From: Chitinophagales bacterium
Lineage (GTDB): Bacteria > Bacteroidota > Bacteroidia > Chitinophagales > Chitinophagaceae
Direction: 5' to 3'
Assembly (NCBI GenBank): GCA_031424775.1
Contig: JANPIB010000017.1
Coordinates: 3,342 to 67,341, forward strand
DNA length: 64,000 bases
Part shown: in pieces, positions 57,013-64,000 of the stretch
Position numbering within the stretch: position 1 is the first letter of the stretch
How the letters are laid out: the number at the start of each line of letters is the position of its first letter
Position numbers and translations under genes: made by a program
Notes under the pieces: model-generated
The model's database searches: none
What the model saw: only the letters and a program-made list of their open reading frames with translations
Told to the model about the DNA's origin: nothing

Positions 57013-58077
57013 TTAATATAGTTTATCGATTTTTTTTAGAGATTCGAAGTAAAAAAGGCATTCACCATTAAAGCCATATTTACGGTTGAGATTGATCATC
57101 TCCTCAAGCATTTCTTGATCTATCATATATCCATTGCCCAAGCCTGTGAGTATTCCTGGGTAAAACCGATGCTTCTCTTTCGTAGGAATTTGCTGACCTA
57201 ACTCTTTCAATATTTTCTCATACCCTACAATATCATAGCGATATAATTGAGGCAGAAAATAATCTGCATATCCACCTTTTAACCAAGCTGGCCAATCTTG
57301 CAAGTATTGTTCTTTACTCCATGGATAAATACTTGGTGACCATGTAACCAAACATTTGGGATTCTTCTTCTTTACCGCTTTATACAAACTCTTTCCAAAA
57401 GCACTAAGTTTATTCGCTTTCCATTGTAACCATGATGCTTCTCTGCAATTTAATGGTGGCAGCTTTCCTGTCTCTTTTTTATAGAGCTTTTTAGTAAATT
57501 CATCATAACCACCTTCTGCAGGCATAGCCGGCATTCTGTCATCACCTTGTATACCATCAACTTTATACTTCTGCACTACCTCTAAAACAAGCGAGGAAAG
57601 AAATTTTTGTACTTCAGGATGCATTGCATTCCACCAATAAAAGCTATTCTTCTGTAACGGCTTTCCTTTAACATCTTTTGCAAGCCAATGCGGATATTTC
57701 TTTGACCAAAGCGAATTGCTATCCTGGTAGGCATAAGAAAATCCAAACTCAAACCATGCATGAACTTTCAAACCTTGCTTATGTCCTTCGTCTACAATTG
57801 ATTTAATCGGATCAAAACCTTTGTACACAGAGTCCTGCTCAATGCCAATGTATTTTTTTACCAGTTCACTGGGATACATTGTAACACCTCCGTTCCATAC
57901 AACAACGAAAATTGTGTTCAATCCTTTTTTCTTGCAAAGCGTAACAGTCTCTTTTACATTCTTCTCGCTTAACAGAGCATCGCTTGCAACATTTGTAACC
58001 CATGTTCCTTTAATAGGTACCTGTGCAGCTACGGTAAATGAAATAAAAGTGACAATTATTGATACCAGGTGTCTCAT
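57013..58077 (-). CDS. GHL10 (DUF187, YngK-like 'family 10 glycosylhydrolase') protein
   Basis: KGTWVTNV...NTIFVVVWNGG...DPIKSIVDEGHKQGLKVHAWFEFGF pattern. It is a paralog of 61102-62277. Confidence 0.8.
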   Translation of the reverse strand: MRHLVSIIVTFISFTVAAQVPIKGTWVTNVASDALLSEKNVKETVTLCKKKGLNTIFVVVWNGGVTMYPSELVKKYIGIEQDSVYKGFDPIKSIVDEGHKQGLKVHAWFEFGFSYAYQDSNSLWSKKYPHWLAKDVKGKPLQKNSFYWWNAMHPEVQKFLSSLVLEVVQKYKVDGIQGDDRMPAMPAEGGYDEFTKKLYKKETGKLPPLNCREASWLQWKANKLSAFGKSLYKAVKKKNPKCLVTWSPSIYPWSKEQYLQDWPAWLKGGYADYFLPQLYRYDIVGYEKILKELGQQIPTKEKHRFYPGILTGLGNGYMIDQEMLEEMINLNRKYGFNGECLFYFESLKKIDKLY

Positions 58078-59012
58078 AAGATCTTCGATGTTTGATACTC
58101 GATGTATCTATTATATAAATGATGAGCTTGTATATAAGATGATTGTGGACTCATGAAATGAGAGAACTCAAAAGTGATAGCTTTATCATAGCCAGCTCTT
58201 TCAGCAGCTTCTAATTTCAACTTTAGTTTTTCGAACTTGATAGGTAGAAACTTGATTGGCATGTCACGGTCAAAACTTTCAGCATTCGTCCAGCATTGCA
58301 TACCATATCTATCAGCTAATTGTTTGTTGATGCAAAAAAAATCATCAAGTTCATGATATTCAATATGACCATCCTGAAAAGCAACGGCATCTACAGCACC
58401 TTGAATACCGCTGAATATTTCACTCCACTCTGTTTCATGCTGTTGCAAGCTAACGGCATCATCTTTACTAATTACACCAGAAGAAGCCATCACAGCTTTC
58501 TTTCCATCTATCCAAGGAGAAATAAATGTTGATAAACCACCACTCACTACTTTACATTGATTACCTAGCGTTCTAAAAGCTGCTACTGCTCCTTTTGTTT
58601 TACGGCTGATCTCCATACTTAGATACCAGCCTTTGAAAGAAGGATGATGACCGTAGTGCTTCCACACCTCATCAATTACAAAACGGTTGTTATCAATTTC
58701 CACCTGCATGTTACCGGTATCCCAATACTCACCACTATCATACAAACCGAAATAAAACTGCATATCATATTTATCAGCTAAACCAAGAAATAATTCAACG
58801 AGATCAACGGGAGGTTTATAACAACCTTTGCTGATAAGATAAGCTGAAGGATATGTAATGAATCTTCTATAACCAGAACGGATTAGTATCACCGTATCAA
58901 TACCTGCAGCTTTCATGTGCTGGAAATCTTTCTCCCACTCTGCTGCACCCCAATTCTGGTGAGGAATATCGTGGCTGATCTCATCTATGAATGTTCCTGT
59001 AATCAGCATCAT
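58074..59012 (-). CDS. DUF4434-like TIM-barrel glycosidase-like protein
   Basis: ITGTFIDEISHDIPHQNWG...MKAAGIDTVILIR pattern. Its stop overlaps the next gene's start (ATGA). Confidence 0.6.
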   Translation of the reverse strand: MMLITGTFIDEISHDIPHQNWGAAEWEKDFQHMKAAGIDTVILIRSGYRRFITYPSAYLISKGCYKPPVDLVELFLGLADKYDMQFYFGLYDSGEYWDTGNMQVEIDNNRFVIDEVWKHYGHHPSFKGWYLSMEISRKTKGAVAAFRTLGNQCKVVSGGLSTFISPWIDGKKAVMASSGVISKDDAVSLQQHETEWSEIFSGIQGAVDAVAFQDGHIEYHELDDFFCINKQLADRYGMQCWTNAESFDRDMPIKFLPIKFEKLKLKLEAAERAGYDKAITFEFSHFMSPQSSYIQAHHLYNRYIEYQTSKIL

Positions 59013-59025
59013 TGAAAGGTTTAAA

Positions 59026-59700
59026 TCAGAATAATTTGTATTGCTGTATGATGGTTTTCCATTTCATGTAACCTTCTCCTGTTAAGTGTAAGCCATCGTT
59101 CGTGTACTTTGTATCCAGCTTGCCTTCATTATTCAAAAACTGAGGATATAGGTTGATGAAAGTTAGCTTTTCATTATTGCATATTTCTTCTAACCTGGTA
59201 TTTACGGCAAGAATATGCTCTGTTTTGTTCTGGTGATTCTTAAACTCCTTAAAGCTATTATTGGTGGGTAGCACACTTTGAATCACCAATTTGGTTTTTG
59301 GACTTTCATTTTTAACTCTTGATATAATGCGTTGATAATTGAAAAGTATCACAGAATCTGGAATGTTCTTAGCGATATCGTTGATACCAATCATAAAAAA
59401 AATCAGCTTCGGTTTGGAAGAGATCACTTCATCTAATCTGGCTAAAACACCATAAGTATTATCACCGCTAATACCCCTGTTTTTCACTTTCCGATTTTGC
59501 CAGATCTCTGCCCATTCCCCAATATCAGTAATACTATTACCCAAAAAAATTATTTCGTTTTTTGTATCAGGTAATAATCTGAACAAAGAAGTTTTCTGCC
59601 CGTAGTATGTTGTTTGATAACTAGAATCCCATGCAACTGTTTGTGCTACTACAGCAAAGCTGAAACAAAAAACCAGGATCAGAATTGATATTGTTTTCAT
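59026..59700 (-). CDS. SGNH/GDSL-family esterase
   Basis: Blocks I GNSIT, II GISGDNT, III GINDI and V DGLHLT, with a signal peptide. Confidence 0.85.
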   Translation of the reverse strand: MKTISILILVFCFSFAVVAQTVAWDSSYQTTYYGQKTSLFRLLPDTKNEIIFLGNSITDIGEWAEIWQNRKVKNRGISGDNTYGVLARLDEVISSKPKLIFFMIGINDIAKNIPDSVILFNYQRIISRVKNESPKTKLVIQSVLPTNNSFKEFKNHQNKTEHILAVNTRLEEICNNEKLTFINLYPQFLNNEGKLDTKYTNDGLHLTGEGYMKWKTIIQQYKLF

Positions 59701-59709
59701 ACGCTAATC

Positions 59710-60996
59710 TTAGGCATTTGAGACTGGTGCCAAAGGCTTTTTTAAAGGAACGATCCACGTTACAATGAAAGCAGGTATTGTTGCAAACATTACCCAAATA
59801 AAAAACTGCTGATAACCCAACCAATCTGAAAGTTGCCCGCTAAACGAAGATGAGATCAGAAATCCTGCATTTGCTACTGCACTTCCGAATGCATAGTGAG
59901 CCATTTTATAAGGTCCTGGTGCAACATACTGCATAATGAACAGGATCAATCCCACAAAACCAAACCCATAACCAAAGTGCTCAAATGAGATTGCAAATGC
60001 TACAATGCTCTTTTCTGTTGGTTGAAAGATTGCCAACAGTGCATAAGCAATAAAGGGAAGATTGAAAACACTACACAGGAATATCAGTACTCTTCTGTTT
60101 AAACCTTTGCGTGAAACAAAATAACCGCCAACGATAGAACCTAAAATAAAAGCGATTGTACCAAACACACCTACGATCAAGCCATAATCTTCATTCGTCA
60201 TTTCTAATCCGCCTTTCGCTCTTGTCTCTTTCAAAAACAAAGGAACGATCTTGATTGCCTGACCTTCTGCAAAACGGTAGAAGATGATGAAGATGACCGA
60301 CAACCAGATCATCGGCTTCTTGAAAAAGTTCACCAACACATCTTTAATACTACGTCTACCTATATTAGAATCAGTTTGCTGTACAGCTGAGTTAGGCAAC
60401 ATCCTGGAATTATATAATGAAAGGAGGATCATTATCACCCCAAATCCGATCATCACTAATGTCCACGCTTGCAAAGTTCCCATGCTTTTCTGGAAAATTC
60501 CTGCCAGGTAAACCATCAAACCGCTGGTAAACACCTTTGCCACATTATAAAATGCTCCTTGCCAGCCAGCATAAGCTGCTTGCTGTTTTTCATCGAGTGC
60601 CTCTAAATAAAATCCATTAGCAGCAACATCATGCGTAGCACCACTTAAGGAAAGGATAATAAAAGCAGTAATAGAAATTGCAAAAAAATGTGGCAGATGC
60701 AAGCTTAATGCTACCAATCCAAAGAGTATCCCTGTTATGCATTGGGTAGCAAAAATGATGAACTTTTTGGTACGATATACTTCCAAAGCAGGGCTCCAGA
60801 AGAAGTTGAGGGTATAAGCCAAGGTAGTGAGTGATGTCCAAAAAGCGATCTGTTTGTCGCTAATCCCAAAATCTTTGTACATAATTGTTGCAGCAGCAGA
60901 GAGGGCTATAAATGGTAAGCCCATTGCAAACCAGGTTGTTGAAATCCAGGTTGCCGGGTGTATCTGTGGTTTGGAGGCTAAATTTTTCACAAGCAA
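59710..60996 (-). CDS. AmpG-family MFS permease (muropeptide/disaccharide importer type)
   Basis: 12-TM MFS with an AmpG-like FFWSPALEVY motif after TM2. Confidence 0.75.
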   Translation of the reverse strand: MLVKNLASKPQIHPATWISTTWFAMGLPFIALSAAATIMYKDFGISDKQIAFWTSLTTLAYTLNFFWSPALEVYRTKKFIIFATQCITGILFGLVALSLHLPHFFAISITAFIILSLSGATHDVAANGFYLEALDEKQQAAYAGWQGAFYNVAKVFTSGLMVYLAGIFQKSMGTLQAWTLVMIGFGVIMILLSLYNSRMLPNSAVQQTDSNIGRRSIKDVLVNFFKKPMIWLSVIFIIFYRFAEGQAIKIVPLFLKETRAKGGLEMTNEDYGLIVGVFGTIAFILGSIVGGYFVSRKGLNRRVLIFLCSVFNLPFIAYALLAIFQPTEKSIVAFAISFEHFGYGFGFVGLILFIMQYVAPGPYKMAHYAFGSAVANAGFLISSSFSGQLSDWLGYQQFFIWVMFATIPAFIVTWIVPLKKPLAPVSNA

Positions 60997-61101
60997 TAGT
61001 TATCGTAAAAATAATAAGATTCTAAACATAATAAAAAAATTAAAAAAGTATTGAGTGAATTGCTATTTTTTTTCTTAAGTTCGTATTTGTAATTATTTGC
61101 C

Positions 61102-62277
61102 ATGAAACGATTGCTTTTTTTTACAGGTAAATTCCTGCTAACGTCTTTTTCTTTTATTCTACTTCTAAGTTCAAGCTGCAAAAAAAGCACAGGTGGAGGT
61201 GGTGGTACAACAGGACCAGTTCCTATTCCGCCAACGAATTTAGACCCTGATGCTTTACGTGGTGTTTGGATCACCACCGCTGCGAGTACAGTTTTAGATA
61301 GCAGAGCAGCAATCAAGCAAGCGGTTGCTAACTGTAAAGCAGCCAATATCAACAATATTTTCATGGTAACGTACAATAACGGCAGAACCGTTTATCCAAG
61401 CACTACCATGCAAAACCTGATTGGGATTCCGATTATGGAAAGATTTGCTGGCAGAGATCCACTTCAAGAGATTATTGAAGAGGCTCATGCTGTTGGTATT
61501 AAAGTACATGCCTGGTTTGAATATGGATTTTCTTCATCATACTCCGCTAACGGTGGAGCCATTGTTGCTGCAAAACCAAATTGGGCAGCAAAAGATGTAA
61601 ACGGAAATCTTGTAGTAAAAAATGGGTTTGATTGGTTGAATGCATTTGATCCTCAAGTACAGAATTATATGATCAGCCTTTTTAAAGAGGTAGTAACAAA
61701 TTACCAGATTGATGGTGTTCAGGGTGATGATCGTTTACCTGCGTTACCATCAACCGCAGGTTATGATACCTACACGGTAAACTTGTACAAAGCTGAAAAT
61801 GGTGGAGCTAATCCGCCAAGCAGTTATAGTGATGCTGGTTGGATAACATGGAGAGCTAAAAAACTGAACATCTTCCTGAACCGGTTAAGAACAGAGTTGA
61901 AAGCAATGAAGCCAACTCTCCAAATCACTATGAGTCCAAGTGCATATCCATTTTCACTTACTGAATATCTACAAGATTGGCCTACTTGGGTGGACAGCTC
62001 TTACATAGATGCAGTTCTACCTCAATGTTATCGCTATGATATCTCAGCTTACACCGCTACGCTTACCCAACAGAAATCCTATTACAAAAACAGCAGTGTA
62101 AAATTCTGGCCCGGCGTTCTAGTAAAGTCAGGAAGTAATTTAGCGTCCGATGCTTATCTCACACAAATGATACAGGCAAATCGAAGCAACGGATTTAAAG
62201 GAGAGTGCTTTTTCTTTTACGAGGGCATTAAAGACAAACTCACCTTCTTTCAACAGCAGTATCCATATATAAAGTAG
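61102..62277 (+). CDS. GHL10 (DUF187) family lipoprotein, second copy
   Basis: Lipobox LSSSC, a Gly/Thr/Pro linker, then RGVWITT...NNIFMVTYNNG...DPLQEIIEEAHAVGIKVHAWFEYGF. Confidence 0.8.
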   Translation: MKRLLFFTGKFLLTSFSFILLLSSSCKKSTGGGGGTTGPVPIPPTNLDPDALRGVWITTAASTVLDSRAAIKQAVANCKAANINNIFMVTYNNGRTVYPSTTMQNLIGIPIMERFAGRDPLQEIIEEAHAVGIKVHAWFEYGFSSSYSANGGAIVAAKPNWAAKDVNGNLVVKNGFDWLNAFDPQVQNYMISLFKEVVTNYQIDGVQGDDRLPALPSTAGYDTYTVNLYKAENGGANPPSSYSDAGWITWRAKKLNIFLNRLRTELKAMKPTLQITMSPSAYPFSLTEYLQDWPTWVDSSYIDAVLPQCYRYDISAYTATLTQQKSYYKNSSVKFWPGVLVKSGSNLASDAYLTQMIQANRSNGFKGECFFFYEGIKDKLTFFQQQYPYIK

Positions 62278-62287
62278 AATCAACCCA

Positions 62288-64000
62288 ATGATCAGAATAT
62301 TTTTTATAGCTGTACTATCCATGTGCAGCTTTTTTTGCGTTTCACAGAAGTTGACAAAGTTTGTAGACCCATTTCTTGGAACCGGTGGCCATGGACACAC
62401 CTATCCTGGTGCTGTTGTTCCATTTGGAATGGTACAATTAAGCCCGGATAATGGTCCAGAAGGCTGGGATTGGAGTAGTGGATATCATTACAGCAGCAAT
62501 ACAATTGCAGGTTTTAGTCACACACACCTTAGCGGAACAGGTATTGGTGATTGGTGTGATATCTCTGTTTTGCCTTTAGCGGATACAAGTGAATTACGAA
62601 AAGAAAAAATACTCGTTCCATTTTCTCATACATCCGAATCTGCAAAACCAGGCTACTACAAAGTGAAACTGGCAAGTGGAGTTACTTGTGAACTCACAGC
62701 AAATGAACGTACAGGATTTCATAGGTATACCTTTCCCAACAATGAAGGATGGCTAAGGTTTGATATGGGCTTTTATCTGAATTGGGATAAGAGTACAGAT
62801 GGGATGTTGCAGATCATAGACGATTATACAATTGTTGGATATCGCTACAGTACAGGCTGGGCTAAAGGACAAAAAGTATACTTCGCAGCCAGGTTCTCAT
62901 CTCCTATTAAAAAATATCTATTTATAGATGACTCAACACACACCACAAAAAAAGGAGATGGCAAATTAGTGAAGCTGGTATTACAGTTTAACACAGCTAA
63001 AAGTTTACTGGTTAAAGTATCAATCAGTTCAGTAAGTACAGATAAAGCTTTACAAGAATTAAGAAGAGCAGCATCTCAAACTTTCGAGGGAACGTCTATT
63101 AGGGCTGAACAACTTTGGGAGAAAGAATTAAGTAAGATTCGTATCAATACCAATGATAAAATATTCGCCACAAAATTTTACACAGCTTTATACAGAACCT
63201 GTCTTGCACCACTCACACACAGCGATGCTGATGGTGAATATCAAACCCATAACAACAAAAAGTTGAAGTTCACCAAAGGGAAAAACAAGTACACCGTTTT
63301 TTCTCAATGGGATGTTTTCAGGGCATTAAATCCATTGTTTACGATCACCCAGCCTGTAAGATTACCAGACATGATCAACAGCATGCTTCAATTATATGAT
63401 GACAATGGACTGCTGCCAGTTTGGGATATCAGTACCTGGGAAGCGAATACAATGACAGGCTATCATTCTGTACCGATCATTGCTGATGCAATGCTGAAGG
63501 GCATCAAAGGTTTTGACTACAACAAAGCCTATGAAGCAATGAAAAAAAGTGCTTTCCAAAACCAACGAGGAACACAGGATTATATTAAGTATGGATACCT
63601 ACCACAAGACAAACATGGTTGGAGTGTTACGATCACACTTGAATATGCATTTGACGACTGGTGTATTGCTCAAGTTGCTAAAATGTTGGGTAAACAAGAT
63701 GATTACAAGCTTTTTATGCAACGTTCACAGAGCTTTAAAGCTTTGTTTGATCCTACTACAGGTCTCTTTCGTAGTAAAAGTAGCTCTGGACAATTCGTTG
63801 AACCATTTGATCCATTGTTAAGTGAACATGGATTTGACGGACAGTATATCGAAGGAACGGCTTGGCAGCACAGCTTTTTTGTACCGCATAATGTAGAAGC
63901 CTTTGCAGCATTACATGGCGGCAAAGAAAAATTAGTTGCAAAACTTGATCAGCTTTTTACTGCTCCATCTGAACTTCATGGAGAAAATGTTTCTATTGAT
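62288..64000 (+). CDS. GH92 alpha-mannosidase, 3' end beyond the window
   Basis: Absent from the ORF track (no stop within the window). Manual translation gives MIRIFFIAVLSMCSFFCVSQ...VDPFLGTGGHGHTYPGAVVPFGMVQLSPDN...GFSHTHLSGTG...GYYKVKL...TGFHRYTF. The frame is still open at 64000 (…APSELHGENVSID). Confidence 0.9.
   Translation, partial: MIRIFFIAVLSMCSFFCVSQKLTKFVDPFLGTGGHGHTYPGAVVPFGMVQLSPDNGPEGWDWSSGYHYSSNTIAGFSHTHLSGTGIGDWCDISVLPLADTSELRKEKILVPFSHTSESAKPGYYKVKLASGVTCELTANERTGFHRYTFPNNEGWLRFDMGFYLNWDKSTDGMLQIIDDYTIVGYRYSTGWAKGQKVYFAARFSSPIKKYLFIDDSTHTTKKGDGKLVKLVLQFNTAKSLLVKVSISSVSTDKALQELRRAASQTFEGTSIRAEQLWEKELSKIRINTNDKIFATKFYTALYRTCLAPLTHSDADGEYQTHNNKKLKFTKGKNKYTVFSQWDVFRALNPLFTITQPVRLPDMINSMLQLYDDNGLLPVWDISTWEANTMTGYHSVPIIADAMLKGIKGFDYNKAYEAMKKSAFQNQRGTQDYIKYGYLPQDKHGWSVTITLEYAFDDWCIAQVAKMLGKQDDYKLFMQRSQSFKALFDPTTGLFRSKSSSGQFVEPFDPLLSEHGFDGQYIEGTAWQHSFFVPHNVEAFAALHGGKEKLVAKLDQLFTAPSELHGENVSID

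Overview
This window looks like a chromosomal segment of a Bacteroidota genome, probably Chitinophagaceae or Sphingobacteriia-like. The evidence is T9SS genes (porV, gldJ, a type-B CTD), a SusC/SusD pair and AT-leaning coding sequence. About 60 genes are densely packed. I saw no transposase, integrase, prophage, CRISPR array or rRNA. Roughly the first half (1-33.8 kb) is housekeeping: dsbD, purQ, kup, sucD, aspS, rarA, ruvC, gltX, bshA, dut, ispF, murF, trxA and tRNA-Ser(GGA). The second half holds three accessory modules. (1) 34.5-40.8 kb is a tight ArsS-type radical-SAM 'arsenosugar-family' gene set: TIGR04283 GT, VOC, membrane PlsC acyltransferase, TIGR04282 transferase, ArsS, AhpD-like peroxidase and a thioredoxin-DUF547 fusion. 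No arsM or ars resistance genes are in view. This is the best candidate for uncharacterised chemistry. (2) 42.6-54.4 kb is a laminarin/beta-glucan-type PUL: GH3, GH16, a PKD-like lipoprotein, SusD, SusC and a transmembrane Y_Y_Y/LuxR regulator. Its divergent promoter carries a triplicated 9-mer. (3) 56.0-64.0 kb is a non-Sus glycan-processing cluster built mostly from poorly characterised families: phosphodiester glycosidase, two GHL10, DUF4434, SGNH esterase, AmpG-type MFS and GH92. At smaller scale I found a dispersed ~35-nt intergenic motif family (8 copies), an orphan T9SS C-terminal-domain mini-ORF next to the tRNA, and a DsbD whose fused N-terminal domain has lost its cysteines while a stand-alone paralog keeps them. 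I also found several perfect palindromes and hairpins. Two edge-truncated genes are missing from the ORF track (dsbD at 1-1431 and GH92 at 62288-64000) and were recovered by manual translation. All family assignments rest on recognised sequence motifs, not on database searches.
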